The notes under the pieces: generated by a model
Told to the model about the DNA's origin: nothing
What the model saw: the letters and a program-made list of their open reading frames with translations, nothing else
Databases searched by the model: none
Position numbers and translations under genes: made by a program
Virus record (IMG/VR): IMGVR_UViG_3300036766_002181
Location: 1-64,000 of that record
Strand: one strand, 5' to 3'
DNA: 64,000 bases
Shown here: in pieces, positions 24,354 through 35,200 of the stretch
How positions within the stretch are numbered: position 1 is the stretch's first letter
Layout: the number at the start of each line of letters is the position of its first letter

Positions 24354-24732
24354 TATCCGAAATTTGACCTATATGAATTATATAAATCTGATTTTCAATT
24401 AAAACCTCATACCAAACAAGGCCTGGTCTTTTTTTCCACCGGCCCAAAAGCATTCCAATCTTTGATGGTTCGAAAATTCTAAGAGCCTCAATTCGTTGGT
24501 AATAGTTTGGAAGACTGGCATCATCAACGGCACCAAGAGAAGAAGAAACAGGGCTGGCCGGTAAAGCGGCACCAACAAGAACCTCCTTCCAAACAAGAAA
24601 GCCTTCTAAGCCCGAAGACATGCTACCAGAAAGTAATGATGGCGAGGATAGTGAATCTTTGGTTTCCGGTTCATAGCCTACCCTTACCAGATCTCCTGGC
24701 TTCCATTTGATATTAAAAACGTCGTTATTCAT
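24328..24732 (-). CDS. Hypothetical protein with a KOW/SH3-like start
   Basis: WKPGDLVRV...IGMLLG...WYEVLIENQIYII; Ser-rich insertion. Confidence 0.65.
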   Translation of the reverse strand: MNNDVFNIKWKPGDLVRVGYEPETKDSLSSPSLLSGSMSSGLEGFLVWKEVLVGAALPASPVSSSLGAVDDASLPNYYQRIEALRIFEPSKIGMLLGRWKKRPGLVWYEVLIENQIYIIHIGQISDIVDDNNSI

Positions 24733-25330
24733 GTTTCTGTTTTAACATCTTTATTGTGGCAGCAGCAATCACCCAGGAATCGCATCTGTCTTCGTTGATT
24801 TTTGTTAGTCTTCTTGATTCTCCTTCTCCTTTATAAATCCATGGAAACTCTGGGTGTAAATTAACAACATGGTCAAGAACCTTCTGCTTGGTTCCCTTTG
24901 ACTTGTCTTTATAGTTTATCTTTATACCAAGTTGAGCCCTGGCAGACCTTACATTAATATAAGTTGGTTCTATGCCAAACTTAAGATACATAATATAGCA
25001 TAAAATGCCATTAAACTTGGCGAGGGTAAGAATTGTATCTGCGCTAGAAAGGCCAGGAGCAAATCTTTTTGCATTCTCTTCTACGGCAACAGTTTGTATC
25101 TGCCACAAATCATTAGTACAAACTCTTTCAAGGGCACTGCTCATATGATCTATTTTAGACCAAAAGCTTGGAAACTTCTTTTTGTTGTTCATTAATTCAT
25201 GGTGCATAACCAAAAGTTCTCCAGTATCGGCATCAACAACACATACCCCCGTGCATGTCGTCGAAATATCGAGCGAAACTAGTACGGGAGTTCTGCTTTT
25301 GCTTTTGTTTTCTTGTTGCTCTTGTGACAT
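24725..25330 (-). CDS. ruvC: RuvC-like Holliday junction resolvase
   Basis: SLDISTTCTG, VAVEE, DRCDSWVIA acidic triad of the RNase H fold. Confidence 0.8.
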   Translation of the reverse strand: MSQEQQENKSKSRTPVLVSLDISTTCTGVCVVDADTGELLVMHHELMNNKKKFPSFWSKIDHMSSALERVCTNDLWQIQTVAVEENAKRFAPGLSSADTILTLAKFNGILCYIMYLKFGIEPTYINVRSARAQLGIKINYKDKSKGTKQKVLDHVVNLHPEFPWIYKGEGESRRLTKINEDRCDSWVIAAATIKMLKQKHE

Positions 25331-25758
25331 TTTTCTCTAATTTTCTCAATTCCTTGAAGAGTTTTTATAATAGAATCTGTCCAAAATTCATAACTGGTAT
25401 TTTCCTGTTTGCTTGCCCATTCTCTTGCTGCTGTTGCTTTTTTAATTACCTTTTCTTGGTTTAGTGCAGAGGCTCTTTTTACTTCAATTAAAAGCTTCTT
25501 TCCGTTTTTGTAGGCAACCAAAAAATCTGGTATGTAGTTTCTTATTTTACCACTTCGAATATTTGATATATACGGAATTTTAAATGGCTCATAATAATAA
25601 CAGGCAACCTCGTTGTCAGAGTCTAGGAACCGTAAAACAGTCAATTCCCAGCTAGAGCGATATTTGATTGGCGAATTTAAACACTTATCACTTTTATGAA
25701 TACCAGTGATATACCCGCTCCGTCTCCTTCGTTTTCTTCTTCGTTTTTTTATAGCCAT
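25279..25758 (-). CDS. TnsA-like/T4 gp4-like head-completion nuclease
   Basis: YRSSWEL...LD, YEPFKIPY, YIPDFLV, LIEVK (PD-(D/E)xK); Arg-rich N-terminus. Confidence 0.85.
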   Translation of the reverse strand: MAIKKRRRKRRRRSGYITGIHKSDKCLNSPIKYRSSWELTVLRFLDSDNEVACYYYEPFKIPYISNIRSGKIRNYIPDFLVAYKNGKKLLIEVKRASALNQEKVIKKATAAREWASKQENTSYEFWTDSIIKTLQGIEKIREKCHKSNKKTKAKAELPY

Positions 25759-25762
25759 AAAA

Positions 25763-28213
25763 TCAAAAATCTATGCGTGTTTTAAACACAATCTTGTCTC
25801 CGCTGCGTTTCAAAACAGGCTGAGCAAGATTGCTTTTCATTATTACATTCATATTCTCATCGTGTATCAGAATTGATGAAATGTAGACAAATCTTTGATC
25901 CTGTTCGTTCTTTAAATCTGAATTTGCCTCAAGTGCCTCGTCAAAGGTTGGGTTTGAGGAAGAAACCAATTGTTGTGGTCTTGCATAAGCACTTATCGTA
26001 TATACGTGTATATTTTGAACCCCTCTAAAAGAAATATCAAAGCCTTCTTCACCAAAGAAGGATAGATTTGGGTGTTTAATCAAAACCAGGCCTTCATTAT
26101 AAAAGACATTGCCAACAGATGCCCAGGTTGCATGATCCTTATCAAGAGAATCTGCCCTATATAGATTTCCCATGCCATCATCCTTAAGGACCATCCCAAA
26201 CTTGTTGTCTGAACCTGACAAAATAGGATCTGTTAAAACAAGTGAGCCGGGCTTAATTTGTTTGCCATAAAAAAGATTGCTTATATCAAAAACAACAACC
26301 TGGTTAGAGGAGTTGTCTCTAAGTCTATGAAGAAGGGTTAAGGCCCCTGTAAATCCACGATTAAAATCTTCCGGGCTGGTTCCAAAAACATCATTTGTAA
26401 TATCGCTATTTTCAGATTGAATTGTTAGGGCAGAGGATACAAGGTTTCTTAAACTGACAAGCCCAAGAGAAGGATTGCCAAGATCATTTGAATATCTTCC
26501 ATTAAATGCCCCTGACATTTCTTCAAGAAACCCAAAATTTGGGATCCAGTTGCCGTGGTCACATGGAAGAACAGAATAAAGTCTTTTTTTGTTATTGCCG
26601 GCACATGAACTTGAGGTATATAGAAATTCATTTGCTGATGCCAACACAGAGTTTCCAGGAGAAAGCGTAGAACCTGTTAGGGCATATAGTCTAGGATAGT
26701 TCCCTGTAGCAAAGTCCCTAACATAATTCTCCAGGTTTGGATAAAGGCCGCCTACGCCAAAGGCCATATCTGCCGCATAGGGAGTCTCTGTGGAGCCATC
26801 TCTTTCTTCAAAGGGAGTAACAAACTCTCCACCATTTGAGCCAACGAAAGCCCTATAGGGAGACTCTGTTGTAAAGAAGGGAGGAATATATAACTTTAAG
26901 CCATCCAGGCTTGCGGGTGCCTTTTTGTTTAAAGAGGATATATCTTCAGAGGTTAAATATTTGTTATAGATTTTAAGATCATGAATCTCTGCATTAAGGG
27001 GATGATTAAAGGAAAAGCCAGTTGGTTCATCTGTATCGTCTGTCAGTTGCAATACTCCATCCCTGAGAGATGAATCTGGATTAAAGAATAGGTTTAACTC
27101 GTTATCTCCCTCAAAGAAGTTGCCAACACAAAGGGCAAAAGGCTCTAGAGTCTTTCCACTATCATAAAGTGCAAATCCAGGATCTGCCACAAAAAAGGTT
27201 CCTGCCCTCTGTCCATTTATGATAAAGGATCCAGAGCCATGGTTATAATCTGATCCGCCATAGCACAGGGCAACATGGTTCCATTCGTTTCGTTTTAAGG
27301 ATACACCAGCATCATCAGATGACAAAAAGACCCCGCTTAAAAGGTTCTCAGACAAGGGAAGCCTGCTTGGTCCCTTGCCAAGGGAGCCTGAACCAAGCTG
27401 AAGCATAATCCTAAATCTATCAGGCTTTCCATTTTCATCCTTTTGGGAACCGGAAACGACTGATATGGCATAGGCAGAAGAGAGATGAAGAACCGTGCCG
27501 GCCTTATATGGAACCTCTGAATATTTTGGATTTATCCAGAAATCAAAGGAAAAAGCCTCTCCTGACTTAAAGCCATAATTTGAATCATATTGCCCTGTTC
27601 CAACCTGTGAACCAGAAGGGTTGGGATAAACCAAGACAGAATCATTGGGTGTGGGAAAAGAGGTATCGGAGGTTGAGGCAGAAGAAAAGAAATGAAGAGA
27701 ATGATAGTTGGTATAGGCAAACTGTGCAGACAAGGGATAAGAGGTTCTATAGTAGGGTAAAAGATGGTCTACAACAAGATTCTTTCTTATCGTGTTTGAG
27801 GTAAAATTAAAGGTAGGAACAAATCGAATAATCTCTTGCTTTTTTTGCTTTCTTAGGCTTTCACTTGTATTTGTTACGGCAAGAAGGTAGGATTCAATTG
27901 GCGATTCTATATCTGTCAGGCTGGCGCTTAGATTAAGAATATTCTGTCTAAACTGTTCAAAGCCATGGTCTTCAAAAGCCGTTCTGTTTGTCGGCCCAAG
28001 AGGGTAGGTTTCTTTTTCAAATGGAGATCTTATGGCAAATACATTAACGGATCCTGTATTATCAAGAACCGCTTCAGGATTGCCAAAGGTTCCTGTGAAA
28101 TAAATCTTGGCACCAGAGCCGTCTCTTCTTGGTCTTGAAGAATAGGATCGAGAAGGATTTGTTTCTATTGAAAAAAATTCGGTGTTATCTGATGTTATTC
28201 TTTGAATGCTCAT
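25763..28213 (-). CDS. Virion structural protein with a LamG/concanavalin A-like domain
   Basis: FSFDFWINP, WNHVALCY, IINGQ, IHDLKIYNK; C-terminal YISSILIHDEN...SNLAQPVLK...FKTRIDF module. Confidence 0.75.
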   Translation of the reverse strand: MSIQRITSDNTEFFSIETNPSRSYSSRPRRDGSGAKIYFTGTFGNPEAVLDNTGSVNVFAIRSPFEKETYPLGPTNRTAFEDHGFEQFRQNILNLSASLTDIESPIESYLLAVTNTSESLRKQKKQEIIRFVPTFNFTSNTIRKNLVVDHLLPYYRTSYPLSAQFAYTNYHSLHFFSSASTSDTSFPTPNDSVLVYPNPSGSQVGTGQYDSNYGFKSGEAFSFDFWINPKYSEVPYKAGTVLHLSSAYAISVVSGSQKDENGKPDRFRIMLQLGSGSLGKGPSRLPLSENLLSGVFLSSDDAGVSLKRNEWNHVALCYGGSDYNHGSGSFIINGQRAGTFFVADPGFALYDSGKTLEPFALCVGNFFEGDNELNLFFNPDSSLRDGVLQLTDDTDEPTGFSFNHPLNAEIHDLKIYNKYLTSEDISSLNKKAPASLDGLKLYIPPFFTTESPYRAFVGSNGGEFVTPFEERDGSTETPYAADMAFGVGGLYPNLENYVRDFATGNYPRLYALTGSTLSPGNSVLASANEFLYTSSSCAGNNKKRLYSVLPCDHGNWIPNFGFLEEMSGAFNGRYSNDLGNPSLGLVSLRNLVSSALTIQSENSDITNDVFGTSPEDFNRGFTGALTLLHRLRDNSSNQVVVFDISNLFYGKQIKPGSLVLTDPILSGSDNKFGMVLKDDGMGNLYRADSLDKDHATWASVGNVFYNEGLVLIKHPNLSFFGEEGFDISFRGVQNIHVYTISAYARPQQLVSSSNPTFDEALEANSDLKNEQDQRFVYISSILIHDENMNVIMKSNLAQPVLKRSGDKIVFKTRIDF

Positions 28214-28234
28214 GATCTATGCCAGAATAACATT

Positions 28235-28241
28235 TAAATAT
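28235..28241 (-). promoter_or_regulatory. Putative late-promoter motif ATATTTA
   Basis: In the intergenic gap, 21 nt upstream of ATG 28213. Confidence 0.4.
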
Positions 28242-28304
28242 TTTCATTGCCAAATTTCTATAGACACCAAATTCAAATACAAACACATGAAATCATTTGG
28301 ATTT

Positions 28305-29468
28305 TTAAAAATCAAGACGAAGTTTTAGCGTGGTTTCACGATCATTTGCTTTCAAAATTGGTCGAGAAACCTTGGCCACGGCAAGCAGGTTATCATTGGC
28401 ATCATAAAGGCCAATTGAGGTAACAAAGGTAAAGGACTGCTGGGTTTCCTCTTGTCCCTCGTCAATAACAACAATTCTATTATCTGCATCTGTGTAGGTG
28501 GGATTACTTGAGTAGTTGAATTCGTCGGCTCCCAATCGAGCAAAGTAAATTGTTGAATTGATATTTGTAATATTTTGAAAGGTTATTGCCGTCTCGTCGC
28601 CTGAACCAGAGAATCTTGTTGAGGCCACATGGTCAACGATATCGTCAATGGAGGCAGAAACTAAAAGACTTCTAAAGGATCCTGTAAAATTTGGTTCAAA
28701 GCCATCGGCATTGACCGCATCGATAACCCCAGAAAGAGGCCCCTCAAAGTCAAGGCTTCTTGACATGTCAAGAACCAGGATTCCTCGATCAATAAATAAA
28801 AGACCAAGAGGGCTTGTAGTGTCGGCACTATTAACAACCGTCGAAACTTGCCCGCCAAAAGTATATAGCTTATTTGTGCTTGAGTTAATATCAGTTATAA
28901 TTTTGGTTGCAGGATCACCAAGAACGGCCAGGTTGCCACCTGTTGGACTGGCGCTGGCGCTTGGATTAAATCTAAGGGCAAAGGTTTCCCTCTTTATCTG
29001 ATCTCTTGCAAAGAGTCTCTTGAAACAAATAAATGCCGCTTCTTTAATTGGAAAGGTTGTTGAGTTATTGTTGGTGCTAAACACTTCATCGGCATCTCCC
29101 AGAAGATTTTGTGCCATCATGCGGTAGATATCCATCTTTTCGCGCATCATTAAGGTTTCTTGTGAAAAGAGATACTTTCCATTGGCATCAATTGTTGGAT
29201 TTTCTGCCGTGACAACCGAGCTTGAGGGAGACAGACCGACAGTCATATCAAAAACAGCATTTGCGGTTTGTAGTGTAAAGTCTTGATCAAAGACGGTTTG
29301 GAACAACGAGGATGTAACTCCGGGTCCAAGGCCGCCTGTTACAAAGACTTGATATTTTCTTCTGGAGGTTGATGAAGATATGTCTGTGTTAACAATATCA
29401 ATAAGCTGGTTTAGATAAGACTTACCTGTTTTAATGTCCTGTCCAGAAAATTCTTTAAATACGGACGT
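28305..29468 (-). CDS. Virion structural protein; probable start is ACG at 29468 (387 aa), 54 codons upstream of the ORF-track start
   Basis: Frame stays open upstream of 29306 (SVFKEFSGQDIKTGKSYLNQLIDIV...YQVFVTGGLGPGVTSSLFQ); AGGG lies 7 nt before the ACG; C-terminal TSIGLYDANDNLLAVAKVSRPILK...LRLDF. Confidence 0.75.
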   Translation of the reverse strand, partial: TSVFKEFSGQDIKTGKSYLNQLIDIVNTDISSSTSRRKYQVFVTGGLGPGVTSSLFQTVFDQDFTLQTANAVFDMTVGLSPSSSVVTAENPTIDANGKYLFSQETLMMREKMDIYRMMAQNLLGDADEVFSTNNNSTTFPIKEAAFICFKRLFARDQIKRETFALRFNPSASASPTGGNLAVLGDPATKIITDINSSTNKLYTFGGQVSTVVNSADTTSPLGLLFIDRGILVLDMSRSLDFEGPLSGVIDAVNADGFEPNFTGSFRSLLVSASIDDIVDHVASTRFSGSGDETAITFQNITNINSTIYFARLGADEFNYSSNPTYTDADNRIVVIDEGQEETQQSFTFVTSIGLYDANDNLLAVAKVSRPILKANDRETTLKLRLDF

Positions 29469-29491
29469 ATTGTTACCCTGTCTTTCTTTTT

Positions 29492-30205
29492 TTATGCCGT
29501 TTGATCTATTGTAACCTGAAACTCAATAACCGCTCCGCTTTGCACTCCCGAGACACGAACAAAGGTATTAATCTTTGATTTGTCTGCCACGGAACCATAT
29601 ATGCTAAATTGAGACTGTGAAATTGCCTTTGTTGCTATTGAAAAGGTTAGCTGAGAACCGCCATTGCTGGTTTCTGCCGAGTCTCTAATAAGAATATAGG
29701 TTGCCCTTTGTTGCCCATCAACGGAGTCTGGATGGGCCTGGCCAATAACCGAAAGAAACATGTTTGACATTTCAACAATGAAGGCTTGATCCCTAAGCTC
29801 AGGATCAATGGGTCCGCCATTGTTTTGAATTTCCTGAGAAAGCGTAAGTTGTCTTTGTCTAACCGTGGTATTTCCTATTGAAACCACATTGTTTGTTATA
29901 CCTGAACCGGCAAGGGTAAGAGAGGGCAAACGAATTAGACTTTGATCAGACACGCTAATAAGGCGATATTTTTGGCTAAGAGATCCATTGGTAAGGGCCT
30001 CAAAAATTGGAGTGTTTTTTTCGATCTTCTCCTTGCCCACGGTTCTGCCAAACTTTTGAATTATAGTATAATCGACCTCATCATCTCCAGGAGCAAACTT
30101 TACAATGGAAAAGCTTCCATCATTCTTTGCAAGTAACTGCCTGCCCTTATCTGTCAAAACGCAGTCTAAAATTATTGAATTTGTGTCATTTTGAAGGAAT
30201 GCCAA
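29492..30205 (-). CDS. Virion structural protein, tail-collar-like N-terminus
   Basis: DCVLTDKGRQLLA...IVKFAPGDDEVDY; TTG start; position in the structural block. Confidence 0.7.
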   Translation of the reverse strand: MAFLQNDTNSIILDCVLTDKGRQLLAKNDGSFSIVKFAPGDDEVDYTIIQKFGRTVGKEKIEKNTPIFEALTNGSLSQKYRLISVSDQSLIRLPSLTLAGSGITNNVVSIGNTTVRQRQLTLSQEIQNNGGPIDPELRDQAFIVEMSNMFLSVIGQAHPDSVDGQQRATYILIRDSAETSNGGSQLTFSIATKAISQSQFSIYGSVADKSKINTFVRVSGVQSGAVIEFQVTIDQTA

Positions 30206-30236
30206 TTTGTCTTATTCTCTTTCTTGTCTTCCTTGC

Positions 30237-30243
30237 TAAATAT
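30237..30243 (-). promoter_or_regulatory. Putative late-promoter motif ATATTTA(GCAA)
   Basis: Intergenic; the 11-mer ATATTTAGCAA also occurs upstream of 43911. Confidence 0.45.
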
Positions 30244-30285
30244 TTGGTTCATTTAAATTATTGGCCATGACTCTTTTATTGTATA

Positions 30286-32193
30286 TTATTTTCTCAGTCT
30301 AAATCGGCCGGCCTTGCTTTCAAGTCTGGTCTTAAACCTTGAAAGGGTTCTGTTTTGTAAAAGCTTGTTTTCTGTTCTATTCTCCTGGTCTATGTCCTGG
30401 CTAAATCTTTGTTCCACTAGATTTATTGATATATTCTGTTGTTCTTGCAAGTCTATGTTTATAACGTTTATTTGATAATCGGCATTATCCTTTGTCTTTA
30501 AAAGCTCCAAATCATTCTGGCTGGAGTCCACAACCCTCAAATATTCTGGATTAAAGACCACCCTGAGCCTGTTGTGGCCCGAATCTCTGATGGTGTCTAC
30601 AAAGGTATCCTGCTGAAGAAAGAAGTTAGGATAGGCTTTGGGAGCCCCTGAAAGGGATACCAGGGTCTTCTTTAGGATGTTTTTATATCGATCAAACTCT
30701 ACTTCAAACTGTGTACTATAGTTTGAGGACAATCCTCTCGCATCAGTTGAACAAACCGCATAAATACATTTTTTATCTTTATTAAAAGCATAGTCTAAAT
30801 AATAGCTTTTTGGAGAAGTCAGAGTTTCAATTAAAAAGCTTTCTGGAGCCTCAGATCCTTGATCCTTTTCTTTTATAATGCTGTCATCAAAATCATAAAC
30901 CTGAACAAGCTCAAACGGCTCATTAATTGAATTTCTCTTAAAAATTTGAAAGCCCTTAATATCCCTCTGCTTGTTTACGGGAAAATTCCATTCCAACATG
31001 GCGGCCCTTTCTTTTCCATGCCAACGAATATTAAAATCAGCAGGTGGAGGTGGAGGAATGGTTTCTATGCACTTGACCCTTGAAGCCGGGGAGGGTTTTG
31101 AGGTAACAAGGTATCTTAACAGTATCGAAAGGTTTCCTCTTTCTTTATCATGGGCAAAGGTTTTTGTTTCGAACATGGCTACAGATCTTATCGTGTACTG
31201 ATATACCGATCCATATTTGACCCTAAGATCTACAAACGAATCCCTTTTTGCTGATTCAAAAATTATTGGCTCATGAACAATCTCTTGCCCATTAGATGAT
31301 ATTTCTGTCTTCTCTATATAATAACCAAGAACCTTAAACTTTGGATCATAGGCAGTTGATGGATTTATCTCAGAATAACCAACATAGTCTTCAATATCCA
31401 ATTCATATTCTTTGCTATTGATTATAGAAGAATTGCTAGATCTTTTGGCCGATTGTTCTATTTCTTTCACCTGTCCGACAAGATCATTAATTTCATCAGC
31501 AAAGGCAGTAAAACTGTTTTCTTTTAAAGTAGAAAGACACTTGGTTAAAAACTTGTTATTAATCTGTGTATAAAACTTTGTTGAAGAAAGCCCCTCAAGA
31601 AGAGAAGGATTTTTTATTAGCTTTTCACCCTCTGTAAAAACAAACCCCTGATTATTTGAGTTAATTAATATCTCGGCCAACAGGGCAGAAGAAATCTCTC
31701 CCTCGCTATTATCTTCATTTTTTATAAGCTCCTTTGTTAGATCCATTAAAGAACCATTTTGATTAATTGAAGAGCCTACACCTGCTGATAAAAGCTTATT
31801 AACTGCATGGGTTAATTTGCCGTCTAGACCAGTGTCCTGAAACACAACCCCTGTAAAATCATCACTAACAAAGTCTTCTTCTTCATAAAGCTTTTCTATG
31901 TTATTGGCAATTTTAAAACTGGGATAACTGAAATTTTTCCCAAGTTCAAAAACTGGCGACCAGGAGATTCTGATATACCTGGATGTAAATCTGTTAAATT
32001 CGTCGGTTGTCGAAAATGGTACATCTAATCCTTCAGAAGATGATTTTTTTTGTATAAACTTGGCAGAAGGCACCCCAGAATCATTTGTCCTTTCGTCTGG
32101 TTGAAAAAAGTTATAAACAAACTCTGCATGAAGATTTTTTACTTCAGGCACGTCTGCTATTATTGTTTTTTTTGATGGTAAGGAAAGCGCCAT
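30286..32193 (-). CDS. Structural protein with fibronectin type III-like repeats
   Basis: VKYGSVYQYTIRSVA, PPPPPADF..W, YAVCSTD..G.SS patterns. Confidence 0.65.
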   Translation of the reverse strand: MALSLPSKKTIIADVPEVKNLHAEFVYNFFQPDERTNDSGVPSAKFIQKKSSSEGLDVPFSTTDEFNRFTSRYIRISWSPVFELGKNFSYPSFKIANNIEKLYEEEDFVSDDFTGVVFQDTGLDGKLTHAVNKLLSAGVGSSINQNGSLMDLTKELIKNEDNSEGEISSALLAEILINSNNQGFVFTEGEKLIKNPSLLEGLSSTKFYTQINNKFLTKCLSTLKENSFTAFADEINDLVGQVKEIEQSAKRSSNSSIINSKEYELDIEDYVGYSEINPSTAYDPKFKVLGYYIEKTEISSNGQEIVHEPIIFESAKRDSFVDLRVKYGSVYQYTIRSVAMFETKTFAHDKERGNLSILLRYLVTSKPSPASRVKCIETIPPPPPADFNIRWHGKERAAMLEWNFPVNKQRDIKGFQIFKRNSINEPFELVQVYDFDDSIIKEKDQGSEAPESFLIETLTSPKSYYLDYAFNKDKKCIYAVCSTDARGLSSNYSTQFEVEFDRYKNILKKTLVSLSGAPKAYPNFFLQQDTFVDTIRDSGHNRLRVVFNPEYLRVVDSSQNDLELLKTKDNADYQINVINIDLQEQQNISINLVEQRFSQDIDQENRTENKLLQNRTLSRFKTRLESKAGRFRLRK

Positions 32194-32202
32194 GATGAGT
32201 TG

Positions 32203-35200
32203 CTATTTTCTATTTTCTATTGTTATAAAAAACTGTTCAAACAAAATGTTTCTGTCGGTTCTTGGTTTAAAGAAAACTGCCCCATCTATCTTTCTTGTTT
32301 CCAATACGTCCCTATAGGTATAGGCATCAGTCGTAGATTGGTTTATCTCAAAACCATCAACATCAAGTGGTATATGAAAGACTCTATCGAAGATTTTTGG
32401 GCTTAGAATCTTATCCTTTAGATAGTTGGGCGCAAAAATAACATTGCCAGACTTAAAGTCAAAAATAAGGTCTTTGATGCTTTGCTTTGTGTTTGGACTA
32501 GCAAGAATCTCTTCTAGGGCTTGGTTTCCGGGAATATTTTCTTTTAATATTTTTCTTATGTAAGAAATCAAAAGCCTATCTAATCTGGGATCTGTTGCCC
32601 TTGTAATCCTTGTTTCTTCATTGACAATAAAGGTTTCTTCGTTTATTTTCATTCCTGTAGAAAGCCTAATATAGTTTTCTAACAAAAAACTAACAACGTG
32701 ATTTGAAAAGAGATGTTGTTTTTCTGAAGAGGCTAAGAAAGCATATTTCTCTTGCGACACCAGTTGGGATTTGGTATATTTTATTGGATTATTGGAATTT
32801 GCATAATCTACAAGAACATCTTGCTTTAAGATATCATTCCAGTCCTCTTCAGCATCTAGGTTTTTTACCATTTCAGATTCAAGCTGATATAGGCTTAAGT
32901 CAAAGATATATTTTCTTGGTTTAAAATTAATCCCCTCATAGGCAAGATTTTTTCTATATACATTTATGGTAATTACATCGGTTTCTTTTTGATTAAATGC
33001 ATTTGTTTGATTCTTTTCTGCCTCAGACAAGGAAACCCTGTCTAGTAGGTTTCTTGAAAATCCGGTAGGCAAACCGACTGAAAGAACCTTTACTCTTGTT
33101 TCTGCCTCATTTGCCGTCTGATACTTTGGCTCCATTAATAGGGTATAAAGAGCTTTTTTAACCTTTGCATGAACGGCATTTGTGATAAAGATATTCTCTT
33201 TTTTAATCTCTTTTGAGCTTATATCAAGTGCCGATCTGTTTAGGGTATTGGCAACCTTCCATCTAACATCCCTTAAGGCAACCTGGCTGTTTCTTATCTG
33301 AGATTCGTTTTTAAGAATTCTAAGATCATTTATGGTATGTTGATCTTCCAAAAAGGCCTGTAGAGTATTTGGATTATATGCATTTAAAGCCTTTGATTTT
33401 GCCTGCATTAGGCCCTCTTTAATTTTTGACAAAGAAAACAAGATGTTTTCTACTATGTGCCGTTCTTCAGATAGCTTTTTAGCAATCGAAACCAGATCTT
33501 CTACTATGGATTTTTGTGCAGCATTGTCCCCAATAGAGGCTATTGTTTTTTCTGGGGTTCTATTAATATGGCCTACAATTACCTCTCTTTCTTCCTTTTT
33601 TGATTTTTTGTTATTATCATCCTTGCCATTGTCAAGTTCGTCTACCCAGGATATAGAACCTATCATTTCATCAATGGCGCTATCCACCAACTCTGTATTT
33701 TTTATATTTGTTTTAATCGTTATGTTACCCTTTTCAGTATGAAATTCTGAAAAGGTAAAAGCCTTGGTTAGGCTTGTAAAAATTTCAAACATAATCAAAA
33801 GTTGTGTACTCGTGCTTAACAGATTAAATCTTGTTCTACCAGAATCATCATTAAGCAAATAATTTCTTTCGCCTGAAGATGAGGCAAGATTAGAAATCTT
33901 ATTAACAAAAAGAATATATTCCTCAATTAAATTGGTCTTGGTATCAGTTAGGGTTCCATTTACAATCTTTGTTAACACGGTTTTAATAAGAGAATCTGGA
34001 ATAAAGTGCTGAACCAACTCGCCCTGAACAACTTGTCTCAACGAGGATAGTGGTCCATTTTTAGCATCATCAATAATTTTTTTAGCATTTTTATCAGGCA
34101 AAAGAAGAATCTTTACTCTTAAATCTATTGCATCGATAACTTGTGAAATTACAGGCTTAACAATCCTTGCCGGATTCTTTCCAAAAATAGGAGAAAAGAC
34201 TTCAGACAAATCTCCACCAACCTGTCTAACAAAGGTTTTGATTGCTGGAAATTCTTCCAAGGATTTAAGTTCCTTTACAAGATCTGACCAAACGTTATTG
34301 TCGCCGTCTGAATTTAAGGTGATCCCCACCAATAAACAATATTGAAAAAGTAAACTTTTTAATTCTAAATCTTTATTTGCCAATTTTAATAGAGCAGCGG
34401 CCAAGACTTGTTCGGCTTCCATTTTTTTAATCTTAGTCTTGTTTATATTTTTAATTGAAACACTTTTATTATTATCCAAAACAGAAGATACTGTTGTCTT
34501 GAAAAGAGAACTCATTGTTCTAAAATAAAGCAAGTCAGAATCCAAAGAGTGCATTTTGGCATTCTTTCCCTTGGACAAGCTAAAAAATTCATAGGCAGAG
34601 TCTAATTTTGTAAAAGAATCAGAAAAAGAATTAACGTATTGCACAAGGGGGCCCGTATTAAAATCTTGTCTGTTTCCTTGTTGCTGTGTTCCTACTGTGG
34701 ACAAGTCAAATATCGTGTTAATATAATAGGATTTTCCAGGAATAAAGATTCTTCTACCGTTCTTGTCATTAACGGTATCGTCTATATGCTTGGATTCAAA
34801 GGGCAAAACTGTTAAATTAAAACTACGATTTTGGGCATCAGGTATATTTGGAATGCCGCCAACAATGGGCTGATGAATTAATCTCGCAAAAGAATTTTCT
34901 CCCTTAACCGGAATGAAAATAGAATTGCCAATAACTCCTATGAGATTGTCAAATGGAGTTCCAAAGGCGTCTTGTATGTCGAAGTTGTCTTGCAAGAAGC
35001 CAATAGTGTCCTTGGTCCCAAGCGCATTTGAGATTTTGTATTCTTTGCCTATAAGATTGAACAACAGCTTTAATCTGTTCTTCGCATTTCCTGGAAGGGA
35101 GTTTTGGAAGGAGTTGAAAAAGTCACGTTGTAGCGCATTTTTCGGAGCCTGAGTTGATCGAATTTTATCCACTTTAAATGTAAACCCATCTCTAAGGGTA

